Shown here: positions 18,350 through 27,017 of the stretch, in pieces
How positions within the stretch are numbered: the first letter of the stretch is position 1
Layout: every line of letters starts with the position of its first letter
DNA from: a virus
Taxonomy: Duplodnaviria; Caudoviricetes
Direction: 5' to 3' (one strand)
DNA: 64,000 bases
Virus record (IMG/VR): IMGVR_UViG_3300014613_000025
Coordinates: 9,114 to 73,113 of that record
Notes under the pieces: model-generated
What the model was told of the DNA's origin: nothing
What the model saw: only the letters and a program-made list of their open reading frames with translations
The model's database searches: none
Translations under genes and position numbers: made by a program

Positions 18350-19378
18350 ATGTTCGACACTCACGCATACGAGCGCATGCACGGCCTCACGCACGGTAGT
18401 CTGTTCGAGCGCTACCGCTCACGCAAGCCAACCGTGTGGAACATTGAGACTACCTCGCATTGCAACATGCGTTGCCGGATGTGTCCACGAACCACGATGA
18501 TGACGCGTAAGCCGTCGACGATGCCTCTTGGCACGTTCGCTAACGTGGTATCGCAACTGACGGCCCCAACGCGAGAGGCCGAGATGTCGTGGCGATGGTT
18601 CTGCGAAGACGTATTCGGCATAGCTCACGATGACGCGCCAAGCGAGAATCACTTTTACCTGCACACCATGCCATGGGTCGTGCAACTACACGGCTACGGT
18701 GACCCGCTACTCGACCCGCACATTGCGGAGCGTATTGCGTTGCTTACCGAACGAGGGTTGCGCTCCTACTTCTCGTGTAACCCGGCCAACGTGGACCAAG
18801 CGCGTATCAACGATTGCCTGCGCGCTGGCCTTGGCGTGGTTAAGTTTAGCATCGAGTCAACCGATGACGAGCGGTTCAGGTCGATACGTGGCAACAAGGC
18901 GACATTCACGCAAGCGTTTGACGCCGTCAGGAACGTGGTTGACGCGAGAGACCATGTCAATCCACATACCCAAGTTGTCGTGACCATGCTTGACCTTGGC
19001 GCGAGCGACAGCGCTGCCGAATTCGCACGACTTCGCGAAGCGTTCGATGGGGTTGACGTGTATCTGTACCACAAGAGCGAGGATACCCAGTGGTTGAGAC
19101 CAGACGGGACACACGGCACCAATTCAATCCACTGGTCAACGCCGTGTCTACACCCCTGGACGTCGATGACCGTGCTCGCCAACGGCGATGTCGGGGCTTG
19201 TATGGAAACGTTTGACGAGGGAGAATTCGCACTCGGCAACGTCAACGATGCGTCGCTAGAGGACATCTGGAATGGCGAGGCGTATGCCGCGTTGCGACGC
19301 GCCCACCTGACCGGCAAGGGGTTGCCGCTCAAGTGCCAAGCGCGTTGCGATATGCCTGTGATTGGAGGGAGACAATGA
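18350..19378 (+). CDS. Radical SAM protein with SPASM/twitch domain
   Basis: NIETTSHCNMRCRMCPR; LHGYGDPLL; PCLHPW...GDVGAC...LGNV...IWNG...C. Confidence 0.9.
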   Translation: MFDTHAYERMHGLTHGSLFERYRSRKPTVWNIETTSHCNMRCRMCPRTTMMTRKPSTMPLGTFANVVSQLTAPTREAEMSWRWFCEDVFGIAHDDAPSENHFYLHTMPWVVQLHGYGDPLLDPHIAERIALLTERGLRSYFSCNPANVDQARINDCLRAGLGVVKFSIESTDDERFRSIRGNKATFTQAFDAVRNVVDARDHVNPHTQVVVTMLDLGASDSAAEFARLREAFDGVDVYLYHKSEDTQWLRPDGTHGTNSIHWSTPCLHPWTSMTVLANGDVGACMETFDEGEFALGNVNDASLEDIWNGEAYAALRRAHLTGKGLPLKCQARCDMPVIGGRQ

Positions 19379-19605
19379 ATATTGAAGATGACACCCTGTG
19401 CGACGTGTGCTATCATTCTGGCGTTACCACTGTTGAGATGGTTGGCATTCAGGTGTGCGCCGATTGTTTATGGTCTGCTAGCCAAGCAATGGCTAGACAC
19501 ATGCAAAGCCATGGCCTAACGGACACTGACGAAAGCGCAAACGCCATAAGTGACGCGTGGCGATTGGCCGAAGCGGCAATGTTGGCGGCAACGGAGGGCG
19601 AATGA
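19375..19605 (+). CDS. Hypothetical protein
   Basis: SD ggagg; ATGA overlap. Confidence 0.5.
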   Translation: MNIEDDTLCDVCYHSGVTTVEMVGIQVCADCLWSASQAMARHMQSHGLTDTDESANAISDAWRLAEAAMLAATEGE

Positions 19606-19952
19606 AGACGCTAGCGTTTGAGGGTTACAGTGATGATACGTTCGGTGAATACCGCACAACCATGGACGATGCCAGCAACAGTGCCAACGGTAAGCCCATC
19701 GTGTTTTCGGTGCGCTCGCCATCGACAGGCGATGGCCTTTTCGTGTGGGGACTGTACGCCAACGATGACGCGCCAAGGTCAACGCCAGGTTGCTGGGTTA
19801 TCGGTATCCAACAGTTAGACGAGGACGTCCTGTTGCCGTTGTGGCCCATGTACTGGCGCACAGCCAAGAGCGGGTATTCGCCTATCCTTGAGATTGACGC
19901 CCCTGACGATGTTGTTGTGAAGTACGAATCGCCAGGGAAGGAAGGGCGATGA
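19602..19952 (+). CDS. Hypothetical protein
   Basis: SD ggagg; FEGYSDDTF motif. Confidence 0.55.
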   Translation: MKTLAFEGYSDDTFGEYRTTMDDASNSANGKPIVFSVRSPSTGDGLFVWGLYANDDAPRSTPGCWVIGIQQLDEDVLLPLWPMYWRTAKSGYSPILEIDAPDDVVVKYESPGKEGR

Positions 19953-20140
19953 GCAAGCAAGAGATTATCAGTTGCGACGTGTGCAAAACTGCCGAAGAAG
20001 TAAACGACGCCACGCGTGACGGACGATGGTGTCACGTCTTCATAGAACTAACGCCCAAACTGTCGGGGCGCAAAGGCCGCTCTTACGACCTATGCCCAGA
20101 GTGCGCGTCCCGCGTCAACGACGCGTTGACAGAGCGATGA
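19949..20140 (+). CDS. Zn-ribbon small protein
   Basis: CDVC...DLCPEC. Confidence 0.55.
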   Translation: MSKQEIISCDVCKTAEEVNDATRDGRWCHVFIELTPKLSGRKGRSYDLCPECASRVNDALTER

Positions 20141-20268
20141 GCATCGCGCGCAAAGTCTCGCCGCCTATCGCGCTAGCAATAGCGGTTGCCGTCGTGCTGT
20201 TCGCGTTCGCTGCGCCCACCGTGCAAGCGTTGCTGATTGTGTGGGCGTTCTGTGATTGGCGGGGCTAA
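20137..20268 (+). CDS. Small membrane peptide
   Basis: ATGA overlap; hydrophobic. Confidence 0.35.
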   Translation: MSIARKVSPPIALAIAVAVVLFAFAAPTVQALLIVWAFCDWRG

Positions 20269-20369
20269 CGGCGTGCGTGCCGATATACGCAACTGTGATT
20301 GTCGAGGTGGGCCTTGAGCCAACTTGTTTGCGCGCTCAAAGTGCCCAGTTTAGGCAAGGAAGGTGCGCG

Positions 20370-20684
20370 ATGGTAATCAACGTAACACTGGAACACTTCA
20401 ACGGTCACGGGTTCGAGTGTTCATTCGACCCGCCCATGACCGAGTGGAAACTACACGGGGTGTCGTACAAGTGGACAGAGGCCAGAGTCGTCGAATGTCT
20501 GAATTCGTTTACGGGCAGACCTATGTTGATTGAGGAACCTGGGCCTAACGAACACGTACCGGCTAGCGTGCTAACCGTGGGCCGCGTCGCGCGTGAACTG
20601 GTGCGCGTTCTCAACAACCTAGTCGCGCGAGAATGTATCATCGCTGACGGGTTCAGGTCGGCACACGTTAGGGCGTGGCCGTGA
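20370..20684 (+). CDS. Hypothetical protein
   Basis: SD aagg. Confidence 0.4.
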   Translation: MVINVTLEHFNGHGFECSFDPPMTEWKLHGVSYKWTEARVVECLNSFTGRPMLIEEPGPNEHVPASVLTVGRVARELVRVLNNLVARECIIADGFRSAHVRAWP

Positions 20685-21337
20685 TTCTCATCTTCGGAGG
20701 TGGGCCGATATCGGATGCGCTAACGCATGGCTTGCCGAACACGCAACGCTTGCATAGGTCAGAGGTTGACGTTACGGATCTTGACGAAGCCGCGTGGGCA
20801 TTCAAAACATGGCACACCTCCACCTCCGTCATCGTGTGCGCGGCCCGCAACCCCAAACACGGCGATGCCTGGGCCTGGCGGCCTTTCCACGAGACCCACA
20901 ACGACGGGGTTGACTCGTGGTCCGTCAACGTCGCCGGGTCCGCTAACGTGGCCCGTGCGGCCATTGCCGCGTGGTTGCCCAAGGGCGTGCGCGGTAGCAT
21001 CGTCCTGATGGGCTCGATACACGGCGAAGTCTCGCCTGACCCGCGACTATACGACGGGGCGCACAAACCCTGGGAATACAGCGCCACGAAAGCCGCGCTG
21101 CCTGCCCTGGCGCGATACGTCGCCGCTCACTACGGGCGAGACGGTATCAGGTGCAACGTGCTGGCCCCTGGCGGGGTCGACACGACGTCGATGCAGTCCT
21201 ATGCGCATCGGTCGCCATCGGGTCGCATGGTGCCCCTACAAGGCGTCGTGAGCGCAGCAAAGTGGCTTTGCTCGCCAGACTCTGATGGCGTCAACGGGAC
21301 CGTTGTTCGTGTGGATGATGGGTGGTGCGCGGTCTAA
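20681..21337 (+). CDS. SDR oxidoreductase resembling flagellin modification protein A (PtmA-like)
   Basis: IFGGGPI; GSIVLMGSIHG; EYSATKAAL (YxxxK); GIRCNVLAPGG; VNGTVVRVDDGW. Confidence 0.8.
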   Translation: MILIFGGGPISDALTHGLPNTQRLHRSEVDVTDLDEAAWAFKTWHTSTSVIVCAARNPKHGDAWAWRPFHETHNDGVDSWSVNVAGSANVARAAIAAWLPKGVRGSIVLMGSIHGEVSPDPRLYDGAHKPWEYSATKAALPALARYVAAHYGRDGIRCNVLAPGGVDTTSMQSYAHRSPSGRMVPLQGVVSAAKWLCSPDSDGVNGTVVRVDDGWCAV

Positions 21338-21678
21338 CCTTCAAGGATTGCCAACGCGGACGCGGGCCACTTGGTTTTAGCGTCCCACCCTGGAGCGTCG
21401 TCGGCCATGCGGTAGCAAGGCACGGCCTCTCCGCCACCGTCGCCCAGTCGCAATTCAGGCACAGCCCACGTTGATGCTAGGTAGGTGTAGGATTCAACGT
21501 CTGGGATGCCATCCGCTAGGATGGTGCCTCCAGTGTAACCCCAGTCGCCACTCAACCCGGCCTGGGCATCGGTGGCCCCACGCTCTCGGATGATGCGGGC
21601 GGCCTTGTCCCAGTCGAAGACCATGCTTGGATTGCCAGCATTAGCCATGCCCATATCGAATGCTTGCCATGTGTTCAA
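21334..21678 (-). CDS. Hypothetical protein
   Basis: TTG start with SD GGAGGG; converges on the SDR gene. Confidence 0.6.
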   Translation of the reverse strand: MNTWQAFDMGMANAGNPSMVFDWDKAARIIRERGATDAQAGLSGDWGYTGGTILADGIPDVESYTYLASTWAVPELRLGDGGGEAVPCYRMADDAPGWDAKTKWPASALAILEG

Positions 21679-21733
21679 TGTCTTTCCCTCCTAACCGTCG
21701 TATTCGCTAACCTTACCCTAACCACGTTTAGAC

Positions 21734-22525
21734 CTAGCGCAACCGCATGCCGCCAGCAATTTGGTTGAGGCGAGCGACAAGGTCTGGCCTACGGAATTCA
21801 ACGTGAAGGTTGCCGTTCTTGAAGCAACGGAACGCGAAGTAGGCGGTCGCACCCTTGCCGGTGCCATCGAGCGGAGTCGACTCCACCGCGTTGTAGACGT
21901 CGGAGCGATAACCCTTGTGGGCAAAGCCCTTGCCGTCAAGCGCGGTAAAGACGTTTTCGAGTGCCGTTAGTTGCGCCGCACGGTAGTAGTTCACTCGGTA
22001 GTGTGTCGACCAGTCGCTGCTAACCATTCGCTCCAAGATGGCCTTGGGGCCAATCTCATATTCGCTGTTGGTCTTGTGCCGCGAGCGAACCGGGCGCAAA
22101 AAGTCGAACACCTCGCGCACGGCCTCACCGTGTATCTCGGTTAGGTTATCGGCGTACCCCCTGGCAAACGCGTAGACACTTGCCTCAGTGACGGGTGGCA
22201 ATTCGCCCCGCTCCAACTGGTTATCAAGCTCCTTCGCACGCTTGACCGAGAGCATGCTACGAATCTCCAAGCGGTCGACAATCGAGGCCCAGACGTCTCG
22301 CTTCAATGCCTCGATGGTGCTTGACGGGTTGTCGAACGATACCCCACCATGCTGACGGTCACGGATGCGAATGGTGCGATGGTTGCCCAGCGAGAAGGCA
22401 TCGTTGAGGCTAGTCTCAGCGGCGTGGATTGACGCGAACGCTGACTCGATGTCAGCGACAGCGCGGCGATACGTTGCCACGAGCCCTGCGATTGTCGCAC
22501 GCTTAGCAAGCTCCGCTGTGTTCAT
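21734..22525 (-). CDS. DUF4942-like protein
   Basis: C-terminal FAFRCFKNGNLHVEFRRPDLVARLNQI; SD GGGGAG. Confidence 0.7.
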   Translation of the reverse strand: MNTAELAKRATIAGLVATYRRAVADIESAFASIHAAETSLNDAFSLGNHRTIRIRDRQHGGVSFDNPSSTIEALKRDVWASIVDRLEIRSMLSVKRAKELDNQLERGELPPVTEASVYAFARGYADNLTEIHGEAVREVFDFLRPVRSRHKTNSEYEIGPKAILERMVSSDWSTHYRVNYYRAAQLTALENVFTALDGKGFAHKGYRSDVYNAVESTPLDGTGKGATAYFAFRCFKNGNLHVEFRRPDLVARLNQIAGGMRLR

Positions 22526-22576
22526 TGGGTAGATTCTCCCCTATCGGTTGATGCGAAACGCCACGGTTACGGAAAC

Positions 22577-22598
22577 AAGTGTAACAGGTGTTACACTT
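22577..22598. promoter_or_regulatory. Perfect palindrome, operator-like
   Basis: AAGTGTAACA-GG-TGTTACACTT, intergenic. Confidence 0.6.
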
Positions 22599-22607
22599 TG
22601 GAACGTG

Positions 22608-22817
22608 TCAGGCAACGATGCCACGCAACGAGGTGAACGCCTTGGCGAGCGAGACATCAACCGCTTGGCGTACCTCGTCCGGTTCGCGGTCTAGCGCATT
22701 CCAAACGGATTCGTTCGCACGGTTGAACCCTTCGAAGTCGCCGGTGCTAGCCAACGCGAGGTTGGCTGTTAGTCGCGCGATGTACCACGCTACGGCATCG
22801 TTAGTACTGATAGGCAT
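22608..22817 (-). CDS. Hypothetical protein
   Basis: Follows the stop of the upstream ORF. Confidence 0.5.
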   Translation of the reverse strand: MPISTNDAVAWYIARLTANLALASTGDFEGFNRANESVWNALDREPDEVRQAVDVSLAKAFTSLRGIVA

Positions 22818-22820
22818 CGG

Positions 22821-22991
22821 TCAACCTGCTTTCTTTTCGGACTTCTCCGCTAGTTCCAAAGAGGCAAGCGCGAGGTATAGCAACTGTAACGCGTTGGACA
22901 GTTCAACCTTGCCGGTCTCAGTGATGGGCCGCATGCCCCGCAATGCCTCGATGGTGCGCACGGTGTTGTCGATTGCGTCGTCGATGTTCAT
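22821..22991 (-). CDS. 56-aa hypothetical protein (MNIDDAID...), not in the ORF track
   Basis: SD AAGGA; open frame ending in TGA. Confidence 0.55.
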   Translation of the reverse strand: MNIDDAIDNTVRTIEALRGMRPITETGKVELSNALQLLYLALASLELAEKSEKKAG

Positions 22992-23004
22992 TCGGCCCAT
23001 CCTT

Positions 23005-23025
23005 TCACGGTCTCAAGCGCTTCAT
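23005..23025 (-). CDS. Minigene MKRLRP* directly after a sigma54 promoter
   Basis: GCACC-ATG AAG CGC TTG AGA CCG TGA at +6. Confidence 0.35.
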   Translation of the reverse strand: MKRLRP

Positions 23026-23040
23026 GGTGCCCTCAGCAGT

Positions 23041-23056
23041 TGCAATGCGTGTGCCA
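23041..23056 (-). promoter_or_regulatory. sigma54 promoter 1
   Basis: TGGCACACGCATTGCA; ATG at +6. Confidence 0.8.
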
Positions 23057-23057
23057 A

Positions 23058-23306
23058 TCAGGCCGTGCTTCCCACCAGCCAAAGTTCAACCACGGTCTCA
23101 AGCGCTTCCGTCAATGCCTCGTGCCTCGTTGCCCCTGCGCCGATGATGTCGCCATCAAAGTCCAGTCCTGGGTCCACAACGAAGTAGCGCGGCAACCCTT
23201 CCTTGACGCCATCTGCATCCGTCTCTTGGACGTCGATGGCCGTAACGCCTAGCAGGTTGCAAAGCGCGCATCGGGTGTCGTCGATTGTGTGGGTGTTGTT
23301 CTTCAT
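23058..23306 (-). CDS. Small cassette protein MKNNTH...
   Basis: Own sigma54 promoter; start moved from the ORF track to +6. Confidence 0.65.
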   Translation of the reverse strand: MKNNTHTIDDTRCALCNLLGVTAIDVQETDADGVKEGLPRYFVVDPGLDFDGDIIGAGATRHEALTEALETVVELWLVGSTA

Positions 23307-23321
23307 GGTGCTCTCAGTAGT

Positions 23322-23337
23322 TGCAAGTGCGATGCCA
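23322..23337 (-). promoter_or_regulatory. sigma54 promoter 2
   Basis: TGGCATCGCACTTGCA; ATG at +6. Confidence 0.8.
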
Positions 23338-23340
23338 CAG

Positions 23341-23529
23341 TTACCGGCCACGATAGGGCGAACTTGAGACGGTAGGCCGCTGCCCCCCGCCGTTGTCGTT
23401 GTCATGTGCGGCGGCATACCAGCCCTCGCGTTCGAGGTTCGACTTGGGGTTGTCCAAGTCTTGGATGGCTTCCCACATGACCCACATGACCCAACCGTGG
23501 TGCCTGCGCTCGTTATCCTGATTCGTCAT
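23341..23529 (-). CDS. Small protein MTNQDN...
   Basis: SD AGGAG. Confidence 0.5.
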   Translation of the reverse strand: MTNQDNERRHHGWVMWVMWEAIQDLDNPKSNLEREGWYAAAHDNDNGGGQRPTVSSSPYRGR

Positions 23530-23575
23530 GGCGACTCCTGCCGGGGTCACCGCGACCCCGTTGTGCGGGTTGGGG

Positions 23576-23824
23576 TTATGCGTCGAGTGCGTACTCCGCT
23601 GCGCAAGCGCGGCACATGGTCTGGCCGTCGAGGTATCCGCCTTCGGCACGGACCGGCGACTGGCCCTCTTGCGGTTGCAGGATGCGACCACAAGCGCAGC
23701 GGAACGCGCGGGCGGTTGCACCACGGTAGGCTGAGACCACCGCGTCAGCGTGGGCATCGGCATCGTAGCGGGCTTGGATTTCGGCGTGGGTCGCGTCTCG
23801 GTTGCTGTTGTTTTGGTTCTTCAT
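23576..23824 (-). CDS. Small Zn-ribbon cassette protein MKNQNN...
   Basis: Own sigma54 promoter; CACG...CRAC. Confidence 0.65.
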   Translation of the reverse strand: MKNQNNSNRDATHAEIQARYDADAHADAVVSAYRGATARAFRCACGRILQPQEGQSPVRAEGGYLDGQTMCRACAAEYALDA

Positions 23825-23839
23825 GGTACTCTCAACCTT

Positions 23840-23855
23840 TGCAATGCGTGTGCCA
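23840..23855 (-). promoter_or_regulatory. sigma54 promoter 3
   Basis: TGGCACACGCATTGCA; ATG at +6. Confidence 0.8.
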
Positions 23856-23858
23856 GGT

Positions 23859-24071
23859 TCAGCCGCCCATCTGTTCCGCTGACTCGCGCGCTTCGTTCTC
23901 GGCAGCCGCAAAGCGGAGAGCTTCGGCGACACCCTTCAGCGCGCGCTTGCTGCCCCGGAGTGCTCGTCCACACATCCTGACCTGCGCGTCGTCGCCGAAC
24001 CGGTTGGCCTCGTCGCGGAGTTTGCAGATTTGTTCGTAGGTGGGATTGCTGCTGTTGGTCTTGCTGGTCAT
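23859..24071 (-). CDS. Small protein MTSKTN...
   Basis: Leader AGGAGGACACGAACC-ATG; shares LRDEA/GD..QV..C pattern with 25369-25599. Confidence 0.65.
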   Translation of the reverse strand: MTSKTNSSNPTYEQICKLRDEANRFGDDAQVRMCGRALRGSKRALKGVAEALRFAAAENEARESAEQMGG

Positions 24072-24144
24072 GGTTCGTGTCCTCCTACGGCCTCAGGCCG
24101 GGAACCGCGAAGGCTACCCGGCCGGGGTTGGGGTTGGAGAGAGC

Positions 24145-24336
24145 CTATACGGCTACCGTGTATCCGTTGCGCTTAGCGTGGCGGTTGACGCCTTCGACCC
24201 ATTCCTGAGCCGATTCTTCCGACACGAAGTCCATCGTGCTTTGGATGGTGATGCCTTCGAGGTTGCCAGAGATGAAGGTCTGGGAGAAGGTGAGGGTGTA
24301 GGGGTAGGGGTTGCTGCTGTTGTTTTGGTTTTTCAT
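24145..24336 (-). CDS. Small cassette protein MKNQNN...
   Basis: Own sigma54 promoter. Confidence 0.65.
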   Translation of the reverse strand: MKNQNNSSNPYPYTLTFSQTFISGNLEGITIQSTMDFVSEESAQEWVEGVNRHAKRNGYTVAV

Positions 24337-24351
24337 GGTACCAATTCCTAA

Positions 24352-24367
24352 TGCAAACGCGGTGCCA
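24352..24367 (-). promoter_or_regulatory. sigma54 promoter 4
   Basis: TGGCACCGCGTTTGCA; ATG at +6. Confidence 0.8.
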
Positions 24368-24368
24368 A

Positions 24369-24635
24369 TCAGGCCGGGGTGTGCGCGCGGACGAGAGCAC
24401 GAACCGTGTTTTCGTAGGTTGCCGTGAAAACCCAGATGGCGGCATCGTAATCGCCAGCGAAGGTAGCCTTGGGGAATTCAACCTGAAACGACTGCCAAAG
24501 GCCCATGCTCATATCGGTATCGGGTTCGTCTCCGCTAAAGACGCAGTAGTTTACGTGATCTTCCGCAGCGTCGACTGCGAACTTGATGACGCGAGCGGTT
24601 GTCTTGCCGATGTCGTATTGGGTGATGTTCTTCAT
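24369..24635 (-). CDS. Small cassette protein MKNITQ...
   Basis: Own sigma54 promoter. Confidence 0.65.
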   Translation of the reverse strand: MKNITQYDIGKTTARVIKFAVDAAEDHVNYCVFSGDEPDTDMSMGLWQSFQVEFPKATFAGDYDAAIWVFTATYENTVRALVRAHTPA

Positions 24636-24650
24636 GGTGCCCCCAACCTA

Positions 24651-24666
24651 TGCACTCCGCATGCCA
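24651..24666 (-). promoter_or_regulatory. sigma54 promoter 5
   Basis: TGGCATGCGGAGTGCA; ATG at +6. Confidence 0.75.
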
Positions 24667-24732
24667 CGCGCAACCCGAAAGCGTAAACGCCTAGAACGAG
24701 GCTGCGCCGCGCATATCATTGCGCCGCCAGAC

Positions 24733-25124
24733 CACGACTTTGAAGTCAGGGCCATGCAAACTTTGCCGATTCGTCCAAAAGTGTATGGTCACTATTTGGC
24801 CTTGTCCTTAGAAACAAGCGGTATTGCGTTTGGTTGCGCGGATAACAACCATGGCATCCATGTCATGGTGTGCGAAAACGTCGGGGTTTTGGGGGTAACT
24901 TCAGCAGTCCTAATGTTACCGCGAGACGCTACCGGGGCCAGCGCTGACCATGACATCCATGTCATAGCGGATGGCCCCCAAACGCGCGATGCTCGGTAAA
25001 CGTAGGCTAACGTCCCCATGACATCCATGTCATAGCAAACCGGGTCGGCCTTGCCATGCTGCGCGAATACATGCGCAGCGATAGCGTTTTCGCGTTGCAG
25101 GGCGACTATGACATTGATGTCATA
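24733..25124. promoter_or_regulatory. Palindrome cluster A (5 sites, YAYGRC-N6-GTCRTR)
   Basis: Sites at 24733 (imperfect), 24850, 24949, 25017, 25107. Confidence 0.75.
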
Positions 25125-25138
25125 CCCATGAACCATGC

Positions 25139-25372
25139 CTAGAAAACGTCTCTCCGGGTCAACCGCTGGCTTGGTGCTCCACCCTCGCCGCGCAGGGTGG
25201 CCATGATGGCGAGGACATGCGCTATCGTATCGCGAGCCGCTTGTGTCTCGCACACGTCGGGGTCGGACGCTATCGGGGTTATCGCGTTCGCAAGCTCAGC
25301 CGCTAGGTCCGCCGCGTTGAAGGGCCGCTCGCTAGCGATACGCCTAGCGGCGTGGATGCCAACCAGACTCAC
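25139..25372 (-). CDS. Small hypothetical protein
   Basis: GTGA overlap with the upstream gene. Confidence 0.5.
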   Translation of the reverse strand: MSLVGIHAARRIASERPFNAADLAAELANAITPIASDPDVCETQAARDTIAHVLAIMATLRGEGGAPSQRLTRRDVF

Positions 25373-25599
25373 GACGGCCCCGCAGTGCCGCGAGGTTGGC
25401 TGTAGCGGGATTCCGCTACCGCCCCGGCGCAAGCGTCGCGAGCGAACCGTTGGGCCACCTCTGACGGGTAGCTGCCCCCGTCATCGAGGTACACCCCCAA
25501 CGCTATCTCGCATAGCTTCACCTGTTCAGTGTCGCCAGCCATGGCGGCTTCGTTGAGCAAGTCGCCAATCTGTCTGTCCGTCACGTAGTTTGATCCCAT
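25369..25599 (-). CDS. Small protein MGSNYV...
   Basis: SD GAAGGA. Confidence 0.55.
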   Translation of the reverse strand: MGSNYVTDRQIGDLLNEAAMAGDTEQVKLCEIALGVYLDDGGSYPSEVAQRFARDACAGAVAESRYSQPRGTAGPS

Positions 25600-25600
25600 G

Positions 25601-25777
25601 TTATTCGTCCTTCTCGGTTGCTGAGATGGCCTTTGATAGCGCCAGCGCGGTGTGCAGGATGGCGACCTGGACAAGTTCTCTGCCTTCAGCGGTAGACGGT
25701 TCGACCTTGTGTAACGCGTCCAGTGCCTCGTCCAGCGCCGCTAGCGCGGTAGCGTGCGGGGTGTGGTCCGTGGTCAT
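25601..25777 (-). CDS. Small protein MTTDHT...
   Basis: ATGA overlap. Confidence 0.55.
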   Translation of the reverse strand: MTTDHTPHATALAALDEALDALHKVEPSTAEGRELVQVAILHTALALSKAISATEKDE

Positions 25778-25995
25778 GACAGACGGTCCCATCCGCCGTT
25801 GCGCCGCTGGATTTCGACACGACCCCACGCGTCGTCAAAGTAGGGGCGCATGGCGCGAGCGAGCGCACGCTCCGCGCTTGTCACGGACTTGGCGCGCGTC
25901 GCGATGACGTGGCCGACATCGTTACCAGTCTCGCCCACTACCAACCGGAAGGTTGAGCCGTAGGCTTCGTTGGGGTCGTTCTTGTTCGTGGTCAT
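25774..25995 (-). CDS. Small cassette protein MTTNKN...
   Basis: sigma54 promoter plus SD AAGGAG. Confidence 0.65.
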   Translation of the reverse strand: MTTNKNDPNEAYGSTFRLVVGETGNDVGHVIATRAKSVTSAERALARAMRPYFDDAWGRVEIQRRNGGWDRLS

Positions 25996-26022
25996 GTTCG
26001 TGGTCTCCTTGTCTCTCAGCGT

Positions 26023-26038
26023 TGCAAGCGTTACGCCA
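26023..26038 (-). promoter_or_regulatory. sigma54 promoter 6
   Basis: TGGCGTAACGCTTGCA; SD-containing leader. Confidence 0.65.
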
Positions 26039-26357
26039 ACTGCCAACCCTTGGGCAAGTCACACGGCAAGAATTCCGCGTTACCGGCAACGATAACCCCG
26101 ACCGTTGGGCTCGCGACGCAACCGCACGCGCCGTCGCCAAAGGGCGACCCGTCCCACGGCACGACGCTAACGAGGTCAGCACTAGCGTTGTGCGCGCACA
26201 CCTCCGCAACGTCTCGCGACTCGACCATCACACACCACTCGTTCGCGCTTGGTCCTTCCAGGTCGAACCAGATTGCATCATCGCAAGCGAGTCCGTTAGG
26301 GTCTCCGCCGCGAAGGGTGGCGATGTGGAGCGCGCTGGGCTTGGTTGTCGTTGTCAT
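26031..26357 (-). CDS. Cassette protein MTTTTKP...
   Basis: sigma54 promoter plus SD GGAGGA. Confidence 0.65.
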   Translation of the reverse strand: MTTTTKPSALHIATLRGGDPNGLACDDAIWFDLEGPSANEWCVMVESRDVAEVCAHNASADLVSVVPWDGSPFGDGACGCVASPTVGVIVAGNAEFLPCDLPKGWQLA

Positions 26358-26384
26358 GTTCGTATCCTCCTACGCGCCTAAGCC

Positions 26385-26400
26385 TGCAAGGCGTGAGCCA
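26385..26400 (-). promoter_or_regulatory. sigma54 promoter 7
   Basis: TGGCTCACGCCTTGCA; SD-containing leader. Confidence 0.65.
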
Positions 26401-26426
26401 AGCAGGCGAAGCGGTGTGGGTTGTGG

Positions 26427-26990
26427 TTAGAAATTGTAATCGTAGTACTTGTGCCTCGCTCCGATGGTAACGCGTTCCGTGCTGCGCGACACTCGCCAAG
26501 TGCCATCCTTGCGGAGCGTGGCCTTGGTGGTGGGGCCATCCAAGTCTCGTTCGTAGGAGTAGCGCTGGACGCCTTCAGTATGGCCGAAGAACCCACCAGG
26601 TGTGAACGTCAACGCGTCAGGTTCGCCGGAATTGAAGCCGTTGAGCAGGGTGGCCTTGTCGCGCTGCAACGTGATTGTCTTGCCGTTAGCCGACACGGCG
26701 ATGACGGTTTGGGGAGTGGAGTCGCTGTAGTGGTGAATGGTGGCACCGTCACCAACCGCAGGCTTGTTCCGCGCCAACCGCATGGCCTTAGTGAACGAAC
26801 CTCCGCAATCACAGACAATATTTCGGACGTCCAATACTGATGGGGTGCGCCCGTGGCGCTCCATGGTAGCGACGATGATTTCGCGCAGCGAAGCGGTAGC
26901 GATTGACGGGTATGTCCAGCGCAGTAGGTAGTCCTCGCACAGTTCGTCAACGCGCTCGTTCTGGGTGTCGGTCAAGGTTGTCGTTGTCAT
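26427..26990 (-). CDS. Cassette protein MTTTTLT... (187 aa)
   Basis: sigma54 promoter plus SD GGAGGA. Confidence 0.7.
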   Translation of the reverse strand: MTTTTLTDTQNERVDELCEDYLLRWTYPSIATASLREIIVATMERHGRTPSVLDVRNIVCDCGGSFTKAMRLARNKPAVGDGATIHHYSDSTPQTVIAVSANGKTITLQRDKATLLNGFNSGEPDALTFTPGGFFGHTEGVQRYSYERDLDGPTTKATLRKDGTWRVSRSTERVTIGARHKYYDYNF

Positions 26991-27017
26991 TGTCGTTGTC
27001 CTCCTACGCGTTACCTT

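Noticed and set aside
21737-21752. Additional sigma54 promoter (GGCATGCGGTTGC on the minus strand)
   Set aside because: GG-to-GC spacing is 9 rather than 10, and it overlaps the end of a CDS.
24583-25253. ORF-track entries across palindrome island A (likewise 28913-29692, 32774-33234, 34466-34777)
   Set aside because: No SD or promoter, several overlapping frames with no coherent protein, and the sequence is explained by repeated DNA motifs.
25346-25361. sigma54-like TGGCATCCACGCCGCT
   Set aside because: Inside a CDS, poor -12 element, no start codon at the usual offset.
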